Of a stretch of 24,179 nucleotides of DNA, positions 8,197 through 17,013 are shown in pieces. Origin of the DNA: Candidatus Iainarchaeum sp. (GTDB lineage Archaea; Iainarchaeota; Iainarchaeia; Iainarchaeales; 0-14-0-20-30-16); the NCBI GenBank assembly GCA_028710695.1, contig JAQTTP010000011.1:1-24179 (forward strand), written 5' to 3'. A program made the position numbers and the translations under genes. The notes under the pieces are model-generated. The model did no database searches. It was not told the origin of the DNA and saw only the letters and a list, made by a program, of their open reading frames with translations. Position 1 is the first letter of the stretch. Each line of letters opens with the position of its first letter.

Positions 8197-11100
8197 TTAA
8201 TATAATCTCTTCACAACTTCTTCTACAACTTCTTCTGGGAACTCTTCTTTATCCAGAACTTGTCTTATTTCTTCTTTTGTGTATTTGGCTTTTACTGGTT
8301 TAAGTTTGTTTACTAGCTCTTCGATTTTGTCTTTGTATTTAGAATAAACATCGCCTTCAAAATTGGTTTTTATTAATGCTTTCTTTTTGTCATCTAAACT
8401 TAATTCGTTGTGGCTCTCTTCCTTTATCTGTTTATCCTTAACTTCTACTTTTTCTCTCATTGCGGAAATCTTAGACTCCAAAACCCTGATCTTTTGCTCT
8501 AACTCAGTTTTCTGTTTCTGGAATTCTTCTTGAGTTATTTTCTGTTGGAACATATCTCTTGTTAATTGTGATAAAGTTTTCTTCGCAGTTTCCAGTTCAG
8601 TTTCATATTCTTCTATGCTCTTTCCTTTTTGGGCTTTGTGCAAAATCTTTCTTACTCTCCAATAAATTATTCCAGCAATTATTGCTCCAATTATTACTAA
8701 TAAAATAATCAGCCAAATAGTTGCAGAGAACAAGGGGCTCACAAACCCAAGATCTTTTTCTACATTTACGGTATTTCCCAGATCATCTTCTCCAGAAAAA
8801 TTAATTGAGGCATTTCCAAATAATGGAATTCCATAATCTGCCTCATAAATTCCATCCGTATTTTTTTCGAATAAAACATTCTCATCATCTACTGCTAAAG
8901 AAATTGTATTTGCATCATAGCTCAGCCCATTTTCATAATTTATCCTCACTTTCAAATTTGTTTGGAGATAACTTCCATCCTCTCCAGGATTAACCATTTC
9001 AATATTCAATTTATTGCTTAGCTTGAACTCTTTTGTTTTCTTTGCACTTACTAGAACCCCATTATATTCTGCTTGTGCAACAAAATCAATTGATTTTTTG
9101 TCGCCAGTCTTTTCATTAAGCGCATATAGCCCAATGAACCTGTTTTTATTAGCAGTATCTTGTGTTAACTGTATTTGTTTTCCATCATCCAAATAAACAA
9201 ATAAAGGTTTTATTTCTTTTTCACTTTTTATCTTTACTTCTATTGGAATTTCTTGGCCATAATTTATTGTAGTTATTTTTTCATTTGGTTCTACAATTTC
9301 CAAATCAATTATTCCAGTTACATTTTTTACTTCATATTCTTTTGATTTGTATGTTTTAGAAACATAATTTGTGTATTTGTCTGTAACATCAAATTTGAAA
9401 TATAATATTCCTGTTTCAACATCTTTGTCGCTTATGGAATAATCCAAGTAGGCAATAAAACAAGTCTGCTCTTTTTCTAGAGAATATTCTTTCTTTTCAT
9501 ACCCTTGTAGAATAATTTTTCCGCCATTTATATCTGAAGAATAATTCTCGCTATCTTTATCTTTAAAACATACATTTACAGAGTTTATTTTTGAGCCCAA
9601 CGAAAAAGTTTCTTTTCCGGGTTCTCCGGCAAAAGAAGTATCCAATTCCAATATCGGAACAAGCTCTTGTGGCACAATATATATTTCCACACTTTTCTTA
9701 GATTTTAGGTTCAAGCCACCAGTAGACACGCTTGCAGATACTTCTACAAAGTTCTTTGCATCATTGTAAATATTTCCAATAAAGGTTCCCTCATAATTTC
9801 CACTTGATGTCTCTGGCAGAGAAAACACAACACCATCTTTTAGTTGTGCAGTAACTGTTGCGCTAGTAATTGCTTTTCCAGCATTGTCCAATAATTGCAC
9901 ACGGATTTTATATTCATCGTTCCTTAAAATGTCCGCATTCACAAGGGGCTCTTTAATTATAATATTCAGATTCGCACTTACAATATCAATACTCTTTGTT
10001 TTTTCTATCCAACTTCCTTTGTCATCTTTTACTTTCAACTTGATTTCATAGTCTCCTTCTTTCTGGTATGTGTGTTTCAAGCTTTTTGTTGTCCCTTTTG
10101 TTGTACTATCACCGAAATCCCATTCATAGGAAACAGTTCCAGCACCAGAATAAGTATAATCTGCTGTAAGAGTAACCTCTTCCCCTACTTGCGCTTTATC
10201 TGGACCAGATATTGTTAGTGTAGAGAAATACCCTTGCACAGTACCTTTGTCAGCAAAGGCCTCATCTCCTGCTTGATTATTGTTCGGAGTTATAGAGCAC
10301 TGAACTTCTGTTCCTTGCGGGCATAAAGCAGGAGTACACTTAAACTTGGATGCAATTTCCCCAGTTTTCACAACCCCATTCAAGTACCATTTATACCCCA
10401 AGCTTATTCCAGAAGATGGATCATCAGCATCACTCTTTCCAGAGTTCTGACAAGAAATTTCAGAATCAGGATATGGTGTAGTAGGACTAACTGCAACACC
10501 AGTAACTGTTGGCTTTGAGTCAATTATAGAAAAATCAAGTTCTTTAGTTGAACTTAAAATAGTATCATTACATACAATAGTCACTTTCTTTGAGCCTGTA
10601 CCCAAATCTAAAGCATTAAATGGGCCAAGTTCCATTTCTTTTTGTTCCCAGGTTGCACCACTATTATTTGTTGCGGATTTAGTTCCAATTGTTGCAGTGC
10701 AAGTAAGTGCACTTCCACCTGTATCATCTGTATTGTCTTTCACATTCAAAAGAACATTAAAAGAATGATTCTTCCCTACCTGTGTTACTCCTTCAGACCC
10801 GCTATTTATATCATAAATCACTGGAGTTTCCATTACTGGATTTCCAGAAAGAACTGATATTGTTTCAGACCCAGACCAATTAACTACTGGATCTGGGTTA
10901 CATACCCCCATTTTCATTTCACAAACAGCCCAATTAAAAACATCTTGTTCTCGGGCGGTATTACTTTGTTTAAGGTGGAAAGTTAGGGTGAAATCTCCTG
11001 AAATCGCCACTTGCTTAATTCCAAAACTATTGAAATATTTATTATTAGGATCATAACAAGCTTTATTATCACAATTAGAAATATTCTCAGAAACACCAAC

Positions 11101-11346
11101 TTTATCTAAATCAGTAGGTAAAGAAAAATAATTTTGATTATCGGAAATTGTTAGCCGATATTTAACTGGATCTGCAATAAATCCATCAAAACTAAACTTC
11201 ACAGTTACATCTTGAGAGTCTGTAAAGATTTGGTTTCCGTTGGATGGATTTAGAACTTCTGAGGAAATTAGGGAAACTGAGAAAGAAATGCCTATTAAGA
11301 ACCAAAAAAAGAATAAGAAAAATGACTTTATAATCAAATTTGTCAT
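8197..11346 (-). CDS. Giant PKD/Ig-like surface protein with single C-terminal TM and cytoplasmic coiled coil
   Basis: N-terminal signal peptide; PKD motif VSYEWDFGDSTTKGTTKSLKHTYQKEGDYEIKLKVKDDKGS; TM LFSATIWLIILLVIIGAIIAGIIYW; then Lys/Glu-rich coiled coil. Confidence 0.88.
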   Translation of the reverse strand: MTNLIIKSFFLFFFWFLIGISFSVSLISSEVLNPSNGNQIFTDSQDVTVKFSFDGFIADPVKYRLTISDNQNYFSLPTDLDKVGVSENISNCDNKACYDPNNKYFNSFGIKQVAISGDFTLTFHLKQSNTAREQDVFNWAVCEMKMGVCNPDPVVNWSGSETISVLSGNPVMETPVIYDINSGSEGVTQVGKNHSFNVLLNVKDNTDDTGGSALTCTATIGTKSATNNSGATWEQKEMELGPFNALDLGTGSKKVTIVCNDTILSSTKELDFSIIDSKPTVTGVAVSPTTPYPDSEISCQNSGKSDADDPSSGISLGYKWYLNGVVKTGEIASKFKCTPALCPQGTEVQCSITPNNNQAGDEAFADKGTVQGYFSTLTISGPDKAQVGEEVTLTADYTYSGAGTVSYEWDFGDSTTKGTTKSLKHTYQKEGDYEIKLKVKDDKGSWIEKTKSIDIVSANLNIIIKEPLVNADILRNDEYKIRVQLLDNAGKAITSATVTAQLKDGVVFSLPETSSGNYEGTFIGNIYNDAKNFVEVSASVSTGGLNLKSKKSVEIYIVPQELVPILELDTSFAGEPGKETFSLGSKINSVNVCFKDKDSENYSSDINGGKIILQGYEKKEYSLEKEQTCFIAYLDYSISDKDVETGILYFKFDVTDKYTNYVSKTYKSKEYEVKNVTGIIDLEIVEPNEKITTINYGQEIPIEVKIKSEKEIKPLFVYLDDGKQIQLTQDTANKNRFIGLYALNEKTGDKKSIDFVAQAEYNGVLVSAKKTKEFKLSNKLNIEMVNPGEDGSYLQTNLKVRINYENGLSYDANTISLAVDDENVLFEKNTDGIYEADYGIPLFGNASINFSGEDDLGNTVNVEKDLGFVSPLFSATIWLIILLVIIGAIIAGIIYWRVRKILHKAQKGKSIEEYETELETAKKTLSQLTRDMFQQKITQEEFQKQKTELEQKIRVLESKISAMREKVEVKDKQIKEESHNELSLDDKKKALIKTNFEGDVYSKYKDKIEELVNKLKPVKAKYTKEEIRQVLDKEEFPEEVVEEVVKRLY

Positions 11347-11362
11347 ATATGAATAACTTATG

Positions 11363-11376
11363 TTATATATTTAAAG
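11363..11376. promoter_or_regulatory. Shared divergent TATA element TTATATATTTAAAG
   Basis: Only 52 bp separate starts of 8197..11346(-) and 11399..12220(+). The AT core lies about 26 bp from the minus ATG and about 30 bp from the plus GTG. Confidence 0.5.
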
Positions 11377-11398
11377 GTTACTTTACTAAAGATTATTT

Positions 11399-12220
11399 GT
11401 GGAGTTTAAAGTAATAATTAATGAGAACGCAACTAAATTAGATGCAATTTGGAGCGGTCTAGGGCCATACTCACAAAGATTCGTAGCAAGATCTTCTATT
11501 TTATTTCAATTTGATAAGAACATGTCAAAACTATTACTTACAAGAGATCTAATAATGGGCTCTTGGCCTGAGTTTATGTCCCATTATTTATTCAATAAAA
11601 AAACAACTGACACAAATACAAAACTTGCAAAGAAACTATTAGATAAAACAAAAGTTCCAGATTGGAACCTAAAAAGAAAAATACTGAATTCAAAAAAGCA
11701 AGAGTTAGAAATAATTATTTTAAAAAACTTAGAAAAAATTAATTTTTTCTTCAAAAATATTATTGGGCATGAAATAGATAATGTATCTATTTTTTTGGCA
11801 TATTCTGCAGATGGAGAATTTGGCTTTGGGGGTTGTTGTTTGCCAACAAAGGAACCAGCAATAATGCTACGATTGTGCAAGTCCTCAAAAATAACTAACA
11901 TTTCTATAATTGTTCATGAATTAATGCATCTCGCAATAAGAAATTGTAACGAAAGAAATAAACTTAAAACGATTGGGCACGAAGCAGAGGAAGCACTATT
12001 TGATTTGCTTTGTGCAATGTTCCAAAATGAAAACAAGATAGATTATAAAAAAACCATAAAACAAGACATTGCTGATAGAGATGGATACCACAAAAAATAC
12101 ATTTATGAAATCTATAAAATGATAAAACCAATTTTAAACGGTAAAGAAGACCTTGTTTGGAAATATATTGATTGGGAAAAGTTAAAAGCCATTAAAAAAG
12201 GTGAGAAAAATCATAACTAA
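11399..12220 (+). CDS. Putative zincin-type metalloprotease-like protein
   Basis: ITNISIIVHELMHLAIRN (HEXXH) followed by GHEAEEALFDLLCAMF with candidate third ligand. GTG start. Confidence 0.6.
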   Translation: MEFKVIINENATKLDAIWSGLGPYSQRFVARSSILFQFDKNMSKLLLTRDLIMGSWPEFMSHYLFNKKTTDTNTKLAKKLLDKTKVPDWNLKRKILNSKKQELEIIILKNLEKINFFFKNIIGHEIDNVSIFLAYSADGEFGFGGCCLPTKEPAIMLRLCKSSKITNISIIVHELMHLAIRNCNERNKLKTIGHEAEEALFDLLCAMFQNENKIDYKKTIKQDIADRDGYHKKYIYEIYKMIKPILNGKEDLVWKYIDWEKLKAIKKGEKNHN

Positions 12221-12806
12221 TTTTGACACTCTAATTAAATTACCAATACCCTGCAAAAAAATACTTTCAAAAGAAATAACAGAAAAAAACATTAAAAATT
12301 TAAAAAAACTTTTTGAATTAACCAAAGCTAACGGAAAATTAGGACTAAAATATAGTATGAAATCTTATGATACCTATTCTAACTGCAAATTACCAACAGT
12401 GGTTTGGAAAACAAAATCAGGACATTGCTTTGAACTGTCACTATTTTTACTGGCTTGTTTAAAATATTTGGGCTTTAATGCCTATTATTATGAAATGCCA
12501 AACTTCAAAAAGTGGGATCATGCGTGTGTTTTAATAAAAGTGAACGGTAAATCAATATCTGTGGATCTTGGAAGAAAAATATTTAATGCAAAATACAAAG
12601 GATATAATAGACTAACTAAAAAACAAACTCTCGGGAACTATTTTATAAATTGTGCACATATGCTTTATCCTTGGAAATGTAAATCTAAAAAATTAAGTAA
12701 AAAAGACAACATAACACAAAGACAAAAAGCAATTAAGTTTGCAAAACTAGGTCTAAAATATTATCCAAATTCGAAAAGAGGAAAAATTATACTTACGGGA
12801 GATTAA
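12201..12806 (+). CDS. Transglutaminase-like (papain-fold) protein
   Basis: KSGHCFELSLFLLACLKYLGFNAYYYEMPNFKKWDHACVLIKVNGKSISVDLG: Cys, His, Asp triad spacing of transglutaminase-core proteins. Overlaps the upstream gene by 20 bp. Confidence 0.65.
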   Translation: MRKIITNFDTLIKLPIPCKKILSKEITEKNIKNLKKLFELTKANGKLGLKYSMKSYDTYSNCKLPTVVWKTKSGHCFELSLFLLACLKYLGFNAYYYEMPNFKKWDHACVLIKVNGKSISVDLGRKIFNAKYKGYNRLTKKQTLGNYFINCAHMLYPWKCKSKKLSKKDNITQRQKAIKFAKLGLKYYPNSKRGKIILTGD

Positions 12807-12820
12807 AAGTAAAGGAAGAG

Positions 12821-13576
12821 TTACTTAACAACATCTAATTCTTTTTCGTGTTTTTTTGCGAATTTGTAAGCCCATTTTAAGTAATCGTCAAAAGTTTTGC
12901 CTTTTTTGTAAATATCTTCTGCATATTTATCTTCAAAATAATGTTGTATTGTTCTTTTTCCTATTCTATTCTTATAAAAACAATCATAACTATAATGTGG
13001 TCCGGGGAGAATTTTATTAAATTTTTTGTCATTTAAAATCACAGAAACCAAAATTTCAGAGAGAATCCATTCAATATGTGGCCCGCCATATTTTTGTTTT
13101 GAAACATCAGGGAATAGTTCTCCAAACTTTTTGAAATATAGCAGATGAGTTATCTCGTGTGCAGCAATTCCAAAAACTCTTTGTGTGGGCCAATCGTATG
13201 GAATATAAAAATTCATTTTCTCTATGTTTCGTGGAAATACTTTGCATAAAGAAAGATACGCTTCAATTTTTTCTGGGTTCTTAAACCAAGGGGTGCCAAT
13301 CACATCAGACAAATTAGTCATAAACTCTTTTTGTATTTTGTTCCATTCTTTTTGATAATGACCAACATTAACTTTTGTTTTTCTTCGTTTAGTCTTCCAC
13401 TCACCTTTTAACCAGCCAGTTATATCTAACTTTGGTTCTTTAAGAATAGAGTAACTATCTAAAAAACGAAACTTAAAAGACTGATTACTGTGTTGCAAAA
13501 AATGATTAAAAGCCCAGATTTCTTTCTTTATTGGAACTATTTTGAATTCAACTTTTGGATAAGACATAAAGATCAC
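12821..13576 (-). CDS. Putative HEXXH metalloprotease
   Basis: VFGIAAHEITHLLYF...GGPHIEWILSEILVSVIL. GTG start at 13576 overlaps the upstream TGA (GTGA); ATG at 13567 is an alternative start. Confidence 0.65.
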   Translation of the reverse strand: MIFMSYPKVEFKIVPIKKEIWAFNHFLQHSNQSFKFRFLDSYSILKEPKLDITGWLKGEWKTKRRKTKVNVGHYQKEWNKIQKEFMTNLSDVIGTPWFKNPEKIEAYLSLCKVFPRNIEKMNFYIPYDWPTQRVFGIAAHEITHLLYFKKFGELFPDVSKQKYGGPHIEWILSEILVSVILNDKKFNKILPGPHYSYDCFYKNRIGKRTIQHYFEDKYAEDIYKKGKTFDDYLKWAYKFAKKHEKELDVVK

Positions 13577-14493
13577 TTTTTATGCCCTAATATTTTTATT
13601 TCTCCAGGATTTAAATTAGGGGTCATTTTGTCACCAGTTTTTAAAAATTTTGTTCTGTTTTTACTGCTCAATTTAAAAATTAAAAAGATTATTCTATTTT
13701 CATATTGTTTTTCCCGTATTTTACTATTTGATTTTATGCAACGTGTGTACATTTCCATAAGAAAATATATTGAATAAAATAAGTATAAATCATTAGTTGA
13801 AATTAATTTATTTAGTTCTTTTTTTCCATAGGCCTCAAAGAAAGCATCAGTAATTATTGACATTTCAAAGTTGCCGTGGCTTCGCACAAACATTTTAGAC
13901 AATATATTAGTTAATTCAAAATATTTATCCCCGACAATAAATTTATCCCAGTCTATGATTTTTAGTTTTTCTCGGTGTAGAATTATATTTTTGGGGGAGA
14001 AATCGCCATGTAATAGCCTTTTTTGAGGGCTGTAATTTATAAACCTTTCTCGCCATATTTTTTTTAATATTTTTATATACTTTTTGTTTTCGGGGATACA
14101 AATTTCGTCAAGCTTATAGTTTAGTAAATCAGACCAGGATTTAAATTTGTTGCCTTTATATAAATAACGTTTATGGGTAATGTTATGTATTTTTCTGTAC
14201 ACCACACCCATTTTTTTAAACACTCTGATCTCATCTTTTAAACTTAGTAAATTCAAATTTAGTTGGTTTCCTTCAATAAAAGGGTATGTTATGGCATTAG
14301 TTGAAATTATTATATTGGGCGTAAAAAATGGTTTAAATAATGGAAAAAAAGCATAAATCTTTTTAATATTTAAGGGGGGGCCAAATGTTTCTCTATATAC
14401 ATAGTTCTTATTTTTAAATTTAAAGAGATATACATTATTGGCAAAGCCGTTTGCAATATATTCTTTATCTATAACATTTATTTTTGTTTGCAA
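13573..14493 (-). CDS. APH/choline-kinase-like phosphotransferase
   Basis: KRLLHGDFSPKNIILHREKLKIIDWDKFIVGDKYFELTNI: kinase catalytic HGDFSPxN and IDWD motifs. TTG start at 14493 with GGAGG 7 nt upstream. Confidence 0.85.
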   Translation of the reverse strand: MQTKINVIDKEYIANGFANNVYLFKFKNKNYVYRETFGPPLNIKKIYAFFPLFKPFFTPNIIISTNAITYPFIEGNQLNLNLLSLKDEIRVFKKMGVVYRKIHNITHKRYLYKGNKFKSWSDLLNYKLDEICIPENKKYIKILKKIWRERFINYSPQKRLLHGDFSPKNIILHREKLKIIDWDKFIVGDKYFELTNILSKMFVRSHGNFEMSIITDAFFEAYGKKELNKLISTNDLYLFYSIYFLMEMYTRCIKSNSKIREKQYENRIIFLIFKLSSKNRTKFLKTGDKMTPNLNPGEIKILGHKK

Positions 14494-15055
14494 TAAATCC
14501 CTCCACCGCTTTAGAAATTTTATTGCTGTCCGCAGGCAGCAACAAAGATAACCTCATCCACAACATTTTTCTCCACTCATATAGTTTGGCAATTTGTGAA
14601 ATGTGATCCGTAGTTTCTATAAACTTACCTGGCAAGTTAAGTCCTTGCAGTTTTTTACATACTGTTTTGCCAGCCAAAAGAAAATTTTTATTTTTGTAAT
14701 CTCTGGGACTTAACCAGCCATAATAAAATCCAAATTCGATGATTTGCAAATCGTTATTTTGATCTATATCTTTTGCTTTTTTTATTGCACTTAAATGCAC
14801 ACTCAGTATTTTCCTAGAAATTACTTCATCTTCAAAATTGGGCACCATTTTTATTTCTTTTTTCAGATATTGTAATGCAAAAATGCTTTCTAACATATAG
14901 TTTAAATATATTTGTAATTTCTTATTTTCGGCATACTCTTTTGTATTTAAATATTCTTCGTAGCCAAATGCATTTTCGATAAGGCCTTTTGCTTTTTTTA
15001 GAGAATATCCTTTTTTTATTTCAATTTCACTAGACAATTGTGAATATATGTCCAT
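14465..15055 (-). CDS. Hypothetical protein, no family recognised (196 aa)
   Basis: ATG 15055 preceded by GGAGG-CCTAAT; tightly packed in operon. Confidence 0.7.
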   Translation of the reverse strand: MDIYSQLSSEIEIKKGYSLKKAKGLIENAFGYEEYLNTKEYAENKKLQIYLNYMLESIFALQYLKKEIKMVPNFEDEVISRKILSVHLSAIKKAKDIDQNNDLQIIEFGFYYGWLSPRDYKNKNFLLAGKTVCKKLQGLNLPGKFIETTDHISQIAKLYEWRKMLWMRLSLLLPADSNKISKAVEGFIANKNKCYR

Positions 15056-15056
15056 A

Positions 15057-15476
15057 TTAGGGCCTCCGTAATCGTTCAATAACATGTGGAAATATGTTCG
15101 CAGCGTCAATCTTTTTTTCTCTAGGTAGTCCGTGCAACTTATTTTTTAGGCCTGGTTCGTCATAAAACATTTTTTGAATAATTCTTACTATTCGCAATCC
15201 AAAAATATTATTCCCATATTTTTTGCTTCTACTGAAAAACATTATCTTCCCATTAACTTCCTTGACCCATCCGCCCCATACAAATTGTTCTGTGTCTTTA
15301 GAACCAACAGATTTATGTAATATTTCAGTATGATTATCTCCTTTATTACCCGTCATGACCACTATCGTGTTATTTTTTGGCAAATACAAAAAAATAAATT
15401 TTTGGGGGGCTTCAGTAACAAATAAATTAAGTTTTATTTTATAACCCAGATAATTAAACTCTTTAATAAGATTCAT
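15057..15476 (-). CDS. Hypothetical protein (~139 aa), possibly Janus/PHPT-like fold
   Basis: ATG 15476 with GAGG upstream. Pattern NHTEIL...VWGGWVKEVNGKIMFFSRSKKYG vaguely resembles Janus/Ocnus-family proteins. Function unassigned. Confidence 0.65.
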   Translation of the reverse strand: MNLIKEFNYLGYKIKLNLFVTEAPQKFIFLYLPKNNTIVVMTGNKGDNHTEILHKSVGSKDTEQFVWGGWVKEVNGKIMFFSRSKKYGNNIFGLRIVRIIQKMFYDEPGLKNKLHGLPREKKIDAANIFPHVIERLRRP

Positions 15477-17013
15477 ATTTTTCAACCTCTGGACAACGTG
15501 GATCTAAAATACCTTTATTTTTTTTATAAAATGTTAAACAACCCAGACCACAGCAGGATTTGTGTTTACAACTTTTGCAATGACTGTTAGTTAAACCTTG
15601 TTTAAAAAACGTTGGTTTTTTTAACAATATTTCTTCTAGGCTATTAGTTTTTATATTTCCAATTGCATATTTTTCAGGCAATAACAAACAACCATTTACT
15701 TCCCCAAAGGCATTAATGCTAATACGCCTGTTAAAAGCACTACAAGAAATGTCAGACCGCATTTCTGTAGTAGGTAAACCAAAACGAAATGCAAACATTA
15801 CAGTGTCAAATAATATTGCAATATCGGTGTGATGCACAGTTAATTCATTGTAAATTTCAATATATTGACTATAGGGAATATGTAAATTTTTTGCATTTAA
15901 GCCAGACCCTATTGGAAGAAAATAGTTCAATTTTATTTTTTTTACTCCGACCTCTACTAAATTATCAACTAATTGCATAATATTTTTTTTATTAATTGCA
16001 TTTACTACAATTACGATAGTAGGATTCAAGCCATTATTTATTATCTTTTTTATATTCTCTAAAACTCTGTTTTTTTTATCTACACCTCTTAAAAACAGAA
16101 AGTCTTTTTCGTCTATTGAATCAAAACTAACCCCAAAATTATTAATTTTTTTTAGAACGCTTATGATTTTTTTATTAATAATTGTTCCATTAGTATTCAA
16201 ATGTATTGCAAATCCTAAAGACTTAGCATAATTGACAATTTTATAAAAATCAGGGTGCAATGTTGGTTCTCCACCAGTAATTGATACAAAACAAAGACCC
16301 TTTTTTTTTGCATCATTAAAAACTGTTTTTATATATTTAAAATCCAGATTATTGCCCTCTTTTTTATTTATATTGGCATAACAGAATTTACAGTTCATAT
16401 TACAATGAGTAGTTATTTGCATATCAAGAATGTCTGGAGAATTAATATCAGATTCATATAAAAAAAATTTCTTTTTAGTTATAGAAAAACAAAAAATGCC
16501 ATCAGTTATAAGATTAATTATAATCTTCTTGGCCGCCAAGCCATATTTTTTATAAAGGTCTTTAATTTTTGTTGTCTGTAAATCTTTAACCAACCGAAAA
16601 CTATTTTTATCTAATTTAATCTTCTTTGTATCTTTATAAATCAAATAATAATCTTTATTTTTCTTAAACAATTTAATAAAGTTTTTTGTTGGAACCAAAT
16701 AATTATCATCAGTAAATATAATCTTACTCTTCTCTATCAACACGTACGCAGAATCTAGAAAATAATCATTAATATTTAATCCAATTATACTGGGGATGTT
16801 AAATTCTCTACTTACAATAGCAACATGGCTTAATATGCCGCCTTCTTTTAAAACTATTCCTTTAATAAATGGGAAATAGTCAAGAATGGAATTAATACTT
16901 CTTTCTAAGTAAATGATTTTTCCGGCATATTTTTGAGGGTTTAATTGCGAGTTATATTTTTTTAAAACCCCAAAAATGGTTCCGCTATAATTTAGTTGCC
17001 CTTCAAAGATCAT
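15463..17013 (-). CDS. Fusion: PEP-utilizer mobile (phosphohistidine swivel) domain + radical SAM/SPASM protein
   Basis: N-term KGIVLKEGGILSHVAIVSREFNIPSIIG (PEP-utilizer swivel His motif). Middle: QITTHCNMNCKFCYANI (CxxxCxxC), VSITGGEPTLHPDF. C-term SPASM-like Cys cluster CSAFNRRISINAFGEVNGCLLLPE...CKSCKHKSCCGLGCLTFYKKNKGILDPRCPE. Confidence 0.88.
   Translation of the reverse strand: MIFEGQLNYSGTIFGVLKKYNSQLNPQKYAGKIIYLERSINSILDYFPFIKGIVLKEGGILSHVAIVSREFNIPSIIGLNINDYFLDSAYVLIEKSKIIFTDDNYLVPTKNFIKLFKKNKDYYLIYKDTKKIKLDKNSFRLVKDLQTTKIKDLYKKYGLAAKKIIINLITDGIFCFSITKKKFFLYESDINSPDILDMQITTHCNMNCKFCYANINKKEGNNLDFKYIKTVFNDAKKKGLCFVSITGGEPTLHPDFYKIVNYAKSLGFAIHLNTNGTIINKKIISVLKKINNFGVSFDSIDEKDFLFLRGVDKKNRVLENIKKIINNGLNPTIVIVVNAINKKNIMQLVDNLVEVGVKKIKLNYFLPIGSGLNAKNLHIPYSQYIEIYNELTVHHTDIAILFDTVMFAFRFGLPTTEMRSDISCSAFNRRISINAFGEVNGCLLLPEKYAIGNIKTNSLEEILLKKPTFFKQGLTNSHCKSCKHKSCCGLGCLTFYKKNKGILDPRCPEVEKYESY

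Noticed and set aside
8805-10857. Track ORFs 8805..8993(+), 9014..9196(+), 10642..10857(+)
   Set aside because: Antisense to the giant PKD protein; no plausible start context or family.
13490-13777. Track ORF 13490..13777(+)
   Set aside because: Overlaps the 3' end of the kinase and the protease start region antisense; no motif support.
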